In this document: positions 11,983-25,668 of the stretch, piece after piece
How the letters are laid out: each line of letters starts with the position of its first letter
Numbering within the stretch: the stretch's first letter is position 1
Virus record (IMG/VR): IMGVR_UViG_3300029305_003961
Span: 32,664 to 96,663 of that record
Reading direction: 5' to 3' (one strand)
Length of the DNA stretch: 64,000 bases
DNA from: a virus
Taxonomy: Duplodnaviria > Caudoviricetes
Program-made: the position numbers and the translations under genes
Notes under the pieces: generated by a model
What the model saw: the letters and a program-made list of their open reading frames with translations, nothing else
Database searches by the model: none
Told to the model about the DNA's origin: nothing

Positions 11983-14900
11983 TTATTTTTTACGATTAGC
12001 AAATTGAGACGCGCGGTTGATAAGAGTATCAAAGGCTGCTTCAATTTCACCACGATTAGTTGCGTTCGGGAATTCTGCGTGAATTGTAACTTCTTGTTGT
12101 AGAGAGTTATTTGATGGCATTACTGCCGGTCTATACATCTCGTTTAAAGCGGCCTATTGAGCGGCTGCCCGCAAATCTATTACGTGAGAAATATCTCTTA
12201 TAATATGAATTGCTGATAAGAAGTTTTCTGTATCATCGGCATTCAGAACGATTTCCTTTTGGTGAAGCATCGCTAGACGTCCTCCAGAACCCCAAGCGCC
12301 TGTATAACCGCCAGTGTCGAACTAATCCCACGTCACTGGGGTGCGTGGTCCCCCGCCTGTGTAAAGGGCTCGAGCAATTATATTGGGAGTAATTCCTAAT
12401 TCTTTTGCCATTAATCTGGCAATTTCTTCTTTAATATAAAAAGTTCTTCCACCATAATTAAAATAACCATAATCCTAATGGTCGTCAATTATTAAACCAT
12501 TAATATCACTCTTTCGTACTGTAAGCCCGGTATATGCACCTTGTCCAGTTTTACCATCTTCTTTATTAAAAAAAGCTTTCTCTACGTGGAACGTAGTTTC
12601 AGGGGGGTTGGGCTCCTCAGGTGGATTGGGCTCTTCGGGCGGAATTGTGCCCTCAGGCTTTCCTTTATTTGGGTCTCCTTCTTCCGGATTATAATCACCA
12701 GAAAGGTCTGGTTTTTCTTCAACGACACGTTTGTATAAAGCCAAAATATTTGAAATACTTGATGCAACTTCATTGTTTTTATTTATAACTGCCTAAACGG
12801 TATTAGAATATTTAGTTGCCCAAGTACTAGCCTCATCTAAAATTTTATCATAAGCAGTGTCAAACTTTGTTTCCATATCGGTAGCAGACTACGCAGTATC
12901 TTTATTATCCTATTGAATGTCTTTAGTTTTTTCATCAACAGTTTTCTCAAAATTTTCGACATCTTTACCAGCCAGGTCAAAAGCAGTATTTACATCATTT
13001 TTCCAATCAGAATAATGTCCCGCTAAAGCGTCTAGCAAAATGTCACTATTAGTAACAAAATTACTTAACGCGCCTTCGGCAGTGGTATAACCAGTAGTCT
13101 AAGCATAAATAGTTTCATTAAAATTATCGCGCCATTCAATTTCTTTACTAATTTTATAGCCAGTTTTTTCATTGTAGGCTAGCCAGTCATTCTGATAAAT
13201 ATAGGCGCTATCTTCTATTGCGCCATTCATTTGCTTTAAGTGATACTCGTACAAACCGGTGTAATAAGCACGCACTTCTTCGACCGCCCTCAAATATTGC
13301 TCCTCAGACTCATAAGCATTTTTATCAATAGCAGCAATTGCATCAGCCATCTAAGCAGGAATTTCAATAAGGGCCGATTCCATTTCATCAATATAATTTT
13401 GAGTTAACTCTTGATAAGCATAAAGTTTATCTTCATATCCCTACTGGGCTCCTGCAACAGCATCCTAATCAGCAGTATAAACATAACTCCAATTGCCTTC
13501 ACTATCACGACGCATACGAACTTGAGACTTAGCATTTTGCGCCTCTTCAAGAGCAATTTCAGCCAGCCTTAATTCATAACGAGCGCGTAATTCATCCACT
13601 TCATACTGGGTCATTTCAGTATTAGATTCTTGAAGATTATTAATTTCTTCTTGTAAATCTCTTAACTTAGTTTTGGCTACCACGCTATCAGTATCATCTA
13701 TGGATTTGGTTAAATCTCTATTTAATTTAGATAACTCATAAATTTTCTAATAATCATCCAAATAACGCTCAGAAATTTCTTTCTGCTACTCAAATCGCTG
13801 AGATAGTACATCATTGGAGCCAGCAATACCAGCCATTGCATCTTTAAACGTTTGAACTGTATTATTGACAGCTTCATCAAACGCATCTGCCGCTGCCTAC
13901 AAGGCATTTTCCCAAGAGGACATAAATGCTTCTTCAGCAGAAGTTAACTCTTTTTCCAAATTTTTAATTGTTTCATCCCAACGAGTTTTTTCTTCATCGC
14001 TTAACTAATCAGCAATGGCATTATATTCTGCTAAAGTATCATCATATATAGCTTTATTGGTATCGAATTTAGCCTTCGCCGCTTGTAATTCAGCTTGAGC
14101 CCCTTCTACAGAAGCACGAGATAAATTAGCCATAACCTAATCACTAATACCTAATGCGTCTTGCCCCACTAAATCAATAATATTACGATAATTTTCGAGT
14201 AAAGAGTTATTGTGTGAAATAGATTCACTTTGTTCATCTAGTTTAGAATTCATTTCCTCGACAGCTGCGACCACTTTTTCGTGAACAGTATCGCCTATAT
14301 TATTTAACTCTTCATTAGCCTCCCAAAGAGCCTCTTGATATTCAGTAAGTGCACTAACTTGTGCATTAGTTAACTGCTTACCATCTAAAACTGACATATT
14401 GCCACCAATAAGGGCTTCGATATTCGCATCTGTTAAACCGCTTTGGCTAAAAGTCTTATAGATACCGGTTTCATAAGCTTCTATTTTTTTCAGGGCCAGT
14501 TCTGCTTGCTAACCTAAAGTAGCAATAGCATCAGCGGCATCATCAATTGGATCATCAAGATTTTTTAATTGATGTTCTAAAGCATTAAATAGATAACCAA
14601 TTTTTTCTACCGTATGCTCGACCACATATTGAATTTCTTCTATTTTAGAATCAGCAATTTCATTATTTTTATCAAGAAGTTTCTACTACTCTTCTTCTAA
14701 TCCGTTTAGAGATGCTTCATACTATTTTACAGCTTTAACAAATTTTTCATATTCTTCTTCATCGCCTGAGATATTATACTTGTCAATTTGAGCCTAATAA
14801 AGTTCTTCATAGTTAGTAATGCGTCCGTGTGAATCGCGTCCCGCGCCATATTCTGCTAAAACGTCCCAGTCTTTATTGACATCCTCCCTCATTGCCTTAA

Positions 14901-17900
14901 CAAGGGCTTCCTAAGTTGCCAATTGCTTCTCCAAAACCACTTGCTCTTGCTTCATATAAGCAAGTTTATCAGGACCCCAGGCACGGTCTTTAGCATCAGT
15001 AATGCGCTTATATTCGCGTTCTAAATCAGATAAAGTTTCTTTTATATAGTGATATCTTTCAATTTCATCATCTATGCGCTTATTGCGCTTTTCAATATCT
15101 TTTAAGATATTGTCATTAATAATATCCGTAGCATTACCTATATACTATAATTGACCAATAATACCATCTTTATCAAAGTAAGCCTAATAGCCATAAGAAG
15201 CCAAAATGGTTTGAGCCTATTCTCCAGTTAATTTTAAAGAGGTAATCAAACCCTATGCCCACTTTGTTAATTCGCTATTGCTATCAAATGTAGCGCCAAT
15301 TTTTAAGCTATTTGCATTTGCATAAGTCTATAAAACATTTAAAATACCCTAAATTTCACCTGGTAACTATTCAAAATTAGTTATACCAGTAATTTCTAAA
15401 ACTATTTGTTCTCCAGCCGCGTCTCTAAGTTTCTCAATAGCTTCAAGGTCTCCTGTAACCGCAGCACCAATTAAAGCCTAGTATTCTAAAATAAAATTAT
15501 CCGATAAATATTCATCAGATATATCTAATAGATTGCTTAAAGCGGTTTTAGTTTCTTCCATTGCCTAAGTGTATTGGGAAGTACCAAATCCACTATTAAT
15601 ACCTTGAGACCAATTACTCCAATTATTTACTAAATCTTCTAAACCATTATTAATTCGCAGATGTGCTTGAGCAACCTGTAGAGCATAAACCTTATTGTTT
15701 TTTAAATCTTCACTAACGGTTTCAACGGCTCCAGCCATTTCATATAAAGCTTCAGCGTGAGTTTCTACCTATTCACTATCAATTCCAAGTGCTTTATTTT
15801 CTGTTTCTAACTATTCAATAAATTTAGCTTCTGCTTCTGCTGCTTCTTGCATTTTGGTCTCATACTTATCTATTGACTAGCGTTTTTCATTGGCCTCATT
15901 ATAGGCTTTAACAGCTTTGTCGGTTTTAATTTGAATATCACTATCTTCGAAATTTGGAATATAAACATCTTTTATCCATTTATAAAATTTTGAACTATCC
16001 TACTCATCAAAAGTGCCGACTTTTTTAGCCTATGCAATTAAAGTATCAACAAAATCCTTGGGCAATCCTATGCGCTCAGGATCGGTTAACCACTCTCGTA
16101 TATCCTCTTCTGTCTCGGCTACACCAGTTATAGAAGAAGAATTAGGCAAAGTTTTATCTCTAAAAAACTAATATTGCTCTGACTAGAGAATATCTCGTTT
16201 AGCTTCTAGCTCTTCTTTTTCTACTTGTAACTTATAAACTTCTGCTTCGGTTGGAACATTTTCCAATTGTGCCTAGGCTTTTGCATATTCTTGTTCAGCA
16301 ATCTGTAATCCCTATACCACTTCATAAGTGGATTGAGTTTGAGAGCTACTGCGACTCTATTCAATAAGTTCTAAAACTTCTCTATCAGATTTTTTAAGCC
16401 ATTCGGTTTTTTCTTCTATCGTGAGGTCTTCTTTATTTTTACCCAAGAAAGTAGCCACTTGAGCCAAATAAGCCTCACGACCCTATCCTTCTCCAGTGCC
16501 CCATCGATTATTGCTTGTTATAAATTTTGTAAATTTATCATTGGCGGTAATATTTAAACCAATCTATTGACTTTCCCACCACTCTTTACCAATCTCAAAA
16601 GCATCTTTAAATTCATTTAAAGTCTAATCTTTATCTAAATCTAATTTCCATAATAAAGTCTAATCATCCTCAGAAAGAGAATTATACCATTGCTCAAAAC
16701 CATTAGGCATAGATTTAAGCATTTCCGTAATATAATTCTCAATTGCAACTCTTAAATTTTCATTTGAAATAGTAGAAGTATCAAGCCTTAATAATGTACC
16801 TAAATTATCTACATTAAAATTATCTAGTGTGCCAGTATCTTCATTATAAGCGGATAAAATACTATTAATAAGAGTTTGAACCGCTCCACCAGCTTTTAAA
16901 TTTTCAACAGCCGCTTTAGTTTCCGATACTAATAAATCAATATAATTTTCTTGATCCTATAAAGTTTTCCATTCACCGTATATTTTAGCTATCTCATTTT
17001 GATGATATTTATCTTTTTCACCCTGATTAACCCAGTTATCATTTTCATCTTTCTTTTGAAGAGTCCAACCTACTCCGCCAAGGTTTGTAAAGCGATATTG
17101 CTCTGGGTCATATCCCATTGCCTTTATGGCTTCAGTGGCCCATTCACTTTCATCGCCCCATCCGGATAAACCTGAAAGAAATTCTTCTGCATATTTAGCA
17201 TTACTTGCTTCAATTTCCTCTTTAGAATAAGCTCTTTCAGCGACATATGAGCTATTTACGTCATTAAGCTTATCTGAATACATAGCAATAAAAGCATTTT
17301 TCCAATCAGTTTTTTCTTGTAAGTTTTCTTTATTTATTTGTTTTGTTAATTCTTTAAGAGCTTCGCTATTTTCAACTAAAGAATTAATAAGTTTTATATC
17401 TTTAATCCCTAAATCATCTAAGGATTTTCGTAATTCAGTTTCAGACGCAAAAACAGCATAATTGCTTTCTTCGGCCTTGGCAGCTAAGTCTTCTAACAGC
17501 TATTTTTCCGCTTCAGTATCTTGGTCTAATAGAGCTCCTGTAATTCCACCGGCTGCAAGACCAGCAGCAGCAGCACCTGCAATAATAGGTAAAGAGGCGC
17601 CTGCGGTCATTATGGTTAGAACAGTAGCGGCTAAAGCTGCAGTGGCCGCTCCACCAAGTCCTAAAGCTCCAGCGGTTCCAGCACCTTCTGCAGAACTTTG
17701 CATAGATTTTTGTGCAAAACCGACTTTATCAGCCTCTAATCGCGCCTAATCAGCCTAGCTAGAACTTAAAATTTTAGCACTTTGCGCATTTAGTAGTTTT
17801 TTCTATTCTAAACTCTATGCACGCTCTAGCTCTGCCTCTGAAATATTAATTAAGCCATTTTCATCTATTGTATAACTTAATTCATCCTATTTTTCCAAAA

Positions 17901-20900
17901 GTGCCATGGCGGATTCATTAGCCTCTTGGATTGCATCATTATATTCAAGAGTACCTTTTGTTAATTCCTTTAGGCCCTCTCTTGCGGATTCATAGTTAGA
18001 AACAGTATTATTAAGTTCTTCATAACTAGCTTTGGCTTCGTCAAAACCGGCACTAACTGCTTTTGCCAGAGCTTTGGCTTGTTCAGCAGCTTTTTCTTCT
18101 TTTTTACGGTTAGCATCTACAGCAGTTGCCATAATAGCAATTCCTGCAACAACAATAGCTATAGCGGCTGCTATACCACCCATAGTCATTAATAATTCTT
18201 TACCGCTGGTAGATAAGGCTGGTATATTTGATTTTCCAGCTTTTCCCTGTACTCCATTTACCACAGTATCTTGAACCTAAGCAGCAGTTTCCTTTTTTTG
18301 TTCTTTTTTCATGGTATTGGATGCGGCTGCAGTCTTAAGTTTTTGCTTTTCTAAACGTTTTTCAGAAGCTTCATTAAGCATATTAATCATAGAGTCTTTT
18401 AATTTGGCTTGACGAAGTTCATTAAATGCACTAACAGCCATAGGAAGCACCATGCCCAACGAGGTACTAATACTTAAAAGTTTATCTCCCCAAGACATGT
18501 CCTCATTATTTAAGACATCTAGCGCGCCCTTTAAAGTACTTAATACCATAGTTATTGTCATCGTCATATTGGCAACAAACTATAACCTTTGGCCAAATTC
18601 CATGGCATAAAAACTACTATCTCGTAAAATAGGACTTAGCCCTTCTAAAGCCTAAGATTCAGCCATAATATGCTTCTAAGTTTCTCCAGCTCCAACTCCT
18701 GCTTGTCGCTATCCTTGAATAAATTCATCAGTAGCACCATTGACTTTTGCCTATTGAACTGCATTTTGTTGTAATACATCGGTCTATGATTCTAACGCAT
18801 TATTTTTTTGTCTTACATTTTCTAAAGCCTAATTTGCTTTATCTTTAGCAACATCAACATCCTATCCTGATTGTTCAGCTTTTTCTAAATCTAATAAAGC
18901 CTATTTGGCTTCTTTTACAGCATTTGCATACTCCTTATATTCTTCTCCTAAGTCTTTACCAACTGTATTTTGTAACTAATCAGTTGTACCTTCTGCAGTG
19001 GCACCCAATCCCTTAAGGCGAGATTCTAATTCAGTAAGACTCTTCATCTGCTAAGTAGTATTACCCACTCCACCATTAGCAATAGATGCAAAAGCGCTTT
19101 CATTTGAAATTGAAATGGCACTATTTATTTCTGCGGCCGCAGATGTCTGTTTTATCTAAGTAGCAGATTTATTAAATTCCTACTATGAAGTTTGAATTGC
19201 ATTAACATCAGATGGAGTTATATTTCTAAGGGCTTTTGTAGCATTTGCTTTTTGAACACCCGCCTAAGTTCTTAAGCTTTTAATTTCATCGTCTGTGCCA
19301 CCCTTACCCTCCAATTCCGCTATCTAATTTAGTGTGGCTTTTAATTTTTCAAGATTCTATAAATACTTCTATACTTGAGTACTTGAATCTCCAAACATAG
19401 ATGTTAACTCTTCTTCTGTGGAATTAGCACTAATTCCTAATTCTTTAAATTTCTATTCAACCTATTGTACATCGCTAACAGTCTTAAGGTTTTTAGTCTC
19501 AGAAGGAGCTATCTATTTAACCTAATTTATATTTTGATTTATATTTTGAGCCTATCTAATTTGACTATTAAATTCTAGATTTTTAGCATATTTTGCCTTA
19601 TTAGCATCGGTATCTAATTGCATATTTCTAGTAAATTCTTCTGAGCTATAATATCTTTCATCACTTTTTTCTCTTTCACTCATCTAAACTTCAAAAGCAG
19701 CTTTTTGAGTTTCAGTTAAATTTTGTGATTTTTCATTAAATTCCATTAAAGTTTTTGCTCGGTTTTTAGCACTTTCATTTTGGGCTCCTTCTAAACCATA
19801 TGAACTAGAATTAAACATATTATTTGCAGCCCATTCTTTCTACTCTGCCATTTTTTGTCTACCACTAGAAGTTAATGACATAACATTGTTTGCTATAGCA
19901 GTAGCACCCGCTGCAATCTATGGAGAAAAAGTGCGTAATAAAGCAGTACCAACCAAAGCTAATACGCCTGGTAAACCTCCTAGACCTTCAATCATTTTAT
20001 CTAAAAGATTTAAAAATCCGGTAAAAGTATCTAATATATCAATAAAAAATTCATCATCTAGTAATTTGCTATAAATCGCTTCCAAAGCCGCTGTCACTCG
20101 GTCTGCCGCCGCTTCCCAAGATTCAGCATAAATATCCTACTATTCTTGTAGCGTTCCAGAAGAGGCATTCGCAGTATTTAAATTTTCCTAGAAATAAGAC
20201 CAGTTATCCATCAAAGCAATCAATTGAGAGTATTGGCGTACGCCGGCAACAGTTTGCGCTACAGATACCTACTATGCCTTAGATAGAGTATCCCACTTTT
20301 TGCCCATTTCATCCAAAATATCATTCATATCTTTCAGATTACCATTAGCATCTAAAATATTAACCCCAATAGTAGCAAGACCTTCTGAGTACTAACCTAA
20401 AGTCACTCCATCTTCTAAAGTATTTCCAAGCTCCAAATCTTGAATACGGGCAAATAAGGTTTTAAAGGCGGTACCAACTACATCCGCACTCTAACGAGTT
20501 GTTGCGGTAACAGTTGCTAGTGCCGCAGTGGCATATTCATAAGACAGACCTACTGTATTTGCAATGGCAGCAAATTTTTCTAGACCCTCAGAAATCTCAT
20601 CTGAACTAGAGGCTGTCGCTGCACCCAAAGCAGTTAATACATCGGCATAATACTCAAGACTTTTAGTTCCATCATAGAAGTTGTTCCAAACTGCTGTTAA
20701 TTGGTCAGAAACAGTCTCAACAGATTGTCCAGTAATATTGGCTAATTTAATTGTTGTTTCTGCGCGCTCCTATGCCTCTTTCATATTTAAACCCTGTTGG
20801 AAATAAATCAAAGAAGCATCGGTCATAGCGGTTGTTGTTGTACTTAATGCTTTAGCGGCTCTATTTGCCTCATTAGCAAACTCTTTCATTTCTTCAGCAC

Positions 20901-21444
20901 CATAATTGGTAACAATACGAATATTATTTAAAGAGGTATTTAATTCTTTAGTATAATCTACTGCTTCACTTATGCCCTAAACAAATCCCATGATAACACT
21001 AGAAGATAGTTGATATCTTAAAGTGTTCATAAAAGTGGCACCTAAGCGCTATATTCCCTTACTCAAGTTTAGTACTGGCGCTTCGGCAGTGGCAATTGAA
21101 TAAGCCAACTTATTAAAAGCCTACTGTCCCTACGGACCAATGGCTGTGAGTTGGGCTTTATATTTTTCAAGTGTCATTCCACTACTTTTTAATTCCTAAT
21201 TAAATTTTACTAAATTTAATTTTCCTGTGTCTGCGTTGAAAGCATTTTGTAACTGAATGCGTAATTGTGCCGCAGCCTAAGAGGCTTTATTCAAATCGGC
21301 GGCGTACTAAGTGCCTACGGACGAATGCATAGAAGTGCTATTAATCTATGCCAAAGAACCTTGTAATTCAGACATAGCTCTTTTAGCAGCACTTACATCA
21401 GCACTAAATTTAAGATTTACACCTATAGTTTGATTACTTGCCAT
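11983..21444 (-). CDS. Tape measure protein, ~3153 aa (dozens of TAG)
   Basis: Eight track fragments share one frame; start MASNQTIGVNLKFSAD; TP901-type TMP core near 20.2-21.0 kb; TM stretches, long coiled coils, C-terminal FDTGGYTG.WG motif. Confidence 0.85.
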
Positions 21445-21554
21445 AATTAAGTTCTCCTTTCTCTCAACAAAATAAAATAAGCGGAAGGATAAAAATCCTT
21501 CCGCTTAATCGAAATTTTCTTATCCAATTATTTTCAAAAATTGGAACTATTAAT

Positions 21555-22091
21555 TTATCTAGTTAGACCAGTCATATCTACCATGCTCTTTAATAAAGTT
21601 AAGGCTTGAGGGTCATTAATTTGATTCATAAGTTCAGTAACATCGAAGTTTAAATTATCTCTATTATTAGAAATGGCTTTCAAAATGCCAAGTACAGAAT
21701 TGTTATAAGTAGTAATTTCTTTAGCTAAAGCCATAATATTACTCCAAATATATTCACGTTCGGCTTCAGGAATTGCGTCGGCTACTGCGGCCCAAATATC
21801 ATTTAAACGAATGGCGTCATATAGCTTAGGAGTATCTTCGAGTTGTTTTTCAGTAAAGCTAATATTCGTATAGGCTCGAATCATTTCAATAACATAATAG
21901 GCTTCAAGCTTTACGATATTAAAGAAGCCTTCTTCTCCATTGCCAGACTGCTCAATAACAGAGGTAATTAAATTTAATTTCTCTTCCAAAGGAAGATATT
22001 GTTCAACCAAAATCTTTTGGTCCTCAACAACAATCTCTACTGCTGGTAGAGATTTGATTTTATTAAATTTTGAAAAAGCAATTTTTGCCAT
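21555..22091 (-). CDS. Probable tail assembly chaperone, 178 aa
   Basis: ATG with AAGGAG SD (MAKIAFSKF...); lies immediately upstream of the TMP gene; no TAG. Confidence 0.55.
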   Translation of the reverse strand: MAKIAFSKFNKIKSLPAVEIVVEDQKILVEQYLPLEEKLNLITSVIEQSGNGEEGFFNIVKLEAYYVIEMIRAYTNISFTEKQLEDTPKLYDAIRLNDIWAAVADAIPEAEREYIWSNIMALAKEITTYNNSVLGILKAISNNRDNLNFDVTELMNQINDPQALTLLKSMVDMTGLTR

Positions 22092-22159
22092 AGTAATTTT
22101 CTCCTTTTTCTCTCGCTTTTGCGATTTTTTATTTATTATATCAAAAATTTTTGAGATTG

Positions 22160-23506
22160 TCAATTTTCATTAATAGCAATTCGATAATCCTTTGGTTTTG
22201 TAACCGATACAGAGCCAATGGGTGCAAAGTATTTGCTTCTAGCAAATAAATTAGTATAATAAGTATAAGAATCCATAATACCCTTTGAGGTCATCATATA
22301 ATAATTTCCTTTAATAATTTTATTATCTAGAAATTTTCCTAAACAATAACTAAATAAAGCCTTATAATCGGGATGCGTAGACTTTACATTGAATCGATGG
22401 GTAACATTTTCTTTCTAATACCCCTCTATACCTTGTGATAGTATATATAAATTCCTTAAGGCTTTAGCCTAAGCATAATCTGCATTAATTACATCATAAA
22501 AAGATACTTTACCCATTGTAATATATCCTCCTCGATGATATTTAGACTATAATCCTATTGCTGATTTCATTATCTACTACCATTCACTGTCTGTAAAGCT
22601 GATTGAACTATTATTAGATTGAGCGTTATTTAAATATTCATGTAAATTAACTTTTTCCCCATTGCTTAATTCTATTACTAAATTTTTTTCAAAAAATAAA
22701 GCGTCTTGTGAAGCCTATTGACCACCAACTAAAATCTAACCAGTTCCAACAAAAGAAATATTTTGAGGGATTTTTACCTTTTCTTTAATAAACTTAATGC
22801 CTTCATGTTCTAACAAAGTAATACCTTTAATCTACATGGAGAGATAGCCTAATTTACTAATGAAGTTAACCTATTCCCCTTGTTTATTCTAAAATAGGGA
22901 TTTATCTAACAATATTGATGGAGTTGAGTCAACTTGATTGCCAATGATTTGAATTAAAGTGTCTAGCTCTTGTAAATATTTATCTGTTACATTTTTCAAC
23001 TAATTATTTTTAATACTACTATATATAGATAAAAATTTTTTATATGCTGTTTGTAGCTAGGAATTTGCAGAAAGCATATTTTCGACACTTGTTGAAATTG
23101 ATTGAATCTATTTTAATTTTCCGGCCGACTTAAGAACTTCATCGATACCAGCTTCTAATGCTTTGATTCCATTTTTCACTAGATTCTAAACAGCTAAATC
23201 CGCTTCCAAAAAAGCTTGTTGATTATTCATCTTAGTAAGCTATAATAGAAGTTTACTTTGCTAAAAAGTTTTTTGAATACTTAAAAAATGTTTCTTCTGT
23301 TCCAAAGCAATATCTGAAGCAGTGGGAATATTTAAATTATTCATAAAATTAGCTTTAATACCAGTGGCATAAACAAATTGATTATTATCAGTGTTATATC
23401 CCCACATTGGCTTACCGTCATAAAAATGCTATGTTCTTCTATTATATAAAGTATTCTTATTCGATTTACCACGATTTCTAAAGTTAATATAATCACTTAA
23501 TTTCAT
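22160..23506 (-). CDS. Hypothetical protein, ~448 aa, very TAG-rich, absent from ORF track
   Basis: AAGGAG SD, MKLSDYINFRNRGKS...; both ends are open and in the same frame once TAG is read as sense; ends TGA. Confidence 0.65.
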
Positions 23507-23577
23507 TTTTATTCTATCTCCTTTCTCTCAAAAATAAAAAATAGGAGGAAAACTTATTCAGTTTTCCTCCTATAAAT

Positions 23578-23952
23578 TTAATGTATAACGGGAATAGTTA
23601 TTTCATCGGTAAATAAAATTGATTGACCATTTTTCTTGGCATAGGCCTGAGCCTCTAAAGAAATTTCATTAACTTCATCTTTTACATCTAAAGAAATGAG
23701 AGAGATATATATCTCAGGCTAGAGTGGATCAAAATGAAGAAGAGGATCATCAACATATAAAATTTCATTTTCAGCTCCCATGTAAGACACAACAGCCTAT
23801 AGATTCTCCCATTCTTCAATTGTATCATCTAACATTAAACTTCCGATATTACTTACTACATTAAAATAATAAGTATCATTAACATTTATTCCCTAACTTA
23901 TATCACTTACGGCAACTAAATGAATTGATTTTAGTTGCCCTGAGTAGGGTTT
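23578..23952 (-). CDS. Putative -1 frameshift C-terminal extension of major tail protein (~123 codons, 3 TAG)
   Basis: A_AAC_CCT heptamer at 23946-23952; the -1 frame is open to TAA at 23578; terminator follows at ~23541-23574. Confidence 0.6.
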
Positions 23953-24917
23953 ACAGGACCGATAACGCCATTTTCGTCTTCCTTACGAAGAGTATTGGTA
24001 GCATCTCTGTCCATCTCGTCTTGAGCGGCTCCGCCAATAATCTGAATGGAAGCCAATACCTTTTCCTTGCGGTCAAAGCGAGTATAATCGGGGAAGGCGT
24101 CCATAGTAAAAGTAAAGGAAGAGGGATCTCCAGAACCAGCCATAGTAAATGTAAAATTAGATTGTACACGAGCATTAGGAATAATGAACTCGGCAGGCAT
24201 ATCTAACTGAGTTGCCTGGTCGCGGAATAAAGTAGAAGCCTCAACATAGAAAGCTCCACCGAACTTATCAGGAGTAATATTAATCTGCATTGCTCCAGAG
24301 TTCTTCTCAACATAATAATCTACTAAAATAGTATAACCATTTAAATGAGCAGGCTTATCAATTCCGTTGGGCTTGCTAATAGTTAATACTTTATCGGCTA
24401 CACTAATTTCACCGGCACCACCCTCGTTGGTATCAGTGGAGAATGGCTCACAATATAAATTATTTTGAGCGTCATAAATTAGTACGTAAACATCAGCGCC
24501 AGATTTCTTTTCAGGGGTTACAGGAGCTTCAGTCATGGTGACTTCAATAGTGCCATCTTCACTCCAAGTAACAAATTCAGTATCAGCAGCATCAATACGC
24601 TCAGTGCTATGAACATAAATAGTCTCTTCGGCACCATCAATAATTCCAGCACCAGTCAGAATAGATAGACCCTCAGGAGAAATTAAAGCATCCTCCATAG
24701 TGAAAGTAACTGTACGCTCACCATCCCAAGACATTAAACGAGCATTACCACGTCCACCTTGAGCGTAAACAGTAGTTGCTGCGCCTTCTAAAGTAGAAGT
24801 TTTCAGAGTGTCAAAATAAATAACGGGCTCACCCTTATAGAAAATTCTTTTACCAACTTTCATAGGAGCCTTGGCTCTGAAAACAACATCGCAACATTCG
24901 CGAACACCAAATTTCAT
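23931..24917 (-). CDS. Major tail (tube) protein
   Basis: 328 aa; YAQGGRGNARL..W and F.FTM..SGDPS.F.FTMDAFP motifs; located between neck genes and TMP; no TAG. Confidence 0.8.
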   Translation of the reverse strand: MKFGVRECCDVVFRAKAPMKVGKRIFYKGEPVIYFDTLKTSTLEGAATTVYAQGGRGNARLMSWDGERTVTFTMEDALISPEGLSILTGAGIIDGAEETIYVHSTERIDAADTEFVTWSEDGTIEVTMTEAPVTPEKKSGADVYVLIYDAQNNLYCEPFSTDTNEGGAGEISVADKVLTISKPNGIDKPAHLNGYTILVDYYVEKNSGAMQINITPDKFGGAFYVEASTLFRDQATQLDMPAEFIIPNARVQSNFTFTMAGSGDPSSFTFTMDAFPDYTRFDRKEKVLASIQIIGGAAQDEMDRDATNTLRKEDENGVIGPVNPTQGN

Positions 24918-24945
24918 AGTGTGTTTCCTCCTTAAAATATTATTT

Positions 24946-25668
24946 TTAATGAATATTCTTCATCCAACTATCAACAGGTTTATCAGGTTTAGCACCCGCT
25001 AAGCGAGATTTTAAATCGATATCCCAATTGATATATAGAGAATATCTTTCAACCAAATCATACAGTTGATACATAGTTAAGTTAATGCAATCTTGTAAAG
25101 ACATAGAACCTAATCCAACAGTAAGGGTTGAAATATACTGCGCAAAAGCGCTTCCTTCGTTATCAGCGGCCTTTTGTGCGGCTACTTTCTAACGCCCTTT
25201 CATGAGTTTATCTGCTATTTCTTTAGCCTTTTTATCACCGGGATTAAATACCTGCTAATCAGTTTTATTTAAGCAAAATATCTAGCCAATAATCTCTTGA
25301 AATTTTTCAAAATTGTTTTCATCTATTATGGCGGTTTGTCCTTCACAATTCAAGGAAATTGCCCGAGGCGTAAAAAAAGTTGTACACTACGGAAATAATA
25401 AAGCCAACGTTGATAAAACACTTTGTTTTTTATCAGCCGTAGATTTATCATTCATAACCGTCATAAATATTTGAAAATTCGATGTAGTTGATAGAAGATT
25501 TTCGTCCTATATCACCATTTTTTTCTATATACTTAAACACTAAATTCCTACTAAAAATTCTTTCTCCCCTAAATAAGAAATTTCTTTAAGCGTTGGCTAA
25601 TGAAGCGTAATTTGTAATTCTGGAATAGGAATGTCTACGCCAGTCATTAAGGCTAGTCTAATGTCCAT
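24946..25668 (-). CDS. Conserved neck/tail-region protein, 240 aa (TAG read-through)
   Basis: MDIRLALMTGVDIPIPELQITLH*PTLKEISYLGE...WMKNIH; missed by the track. Confidence 0.7.
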
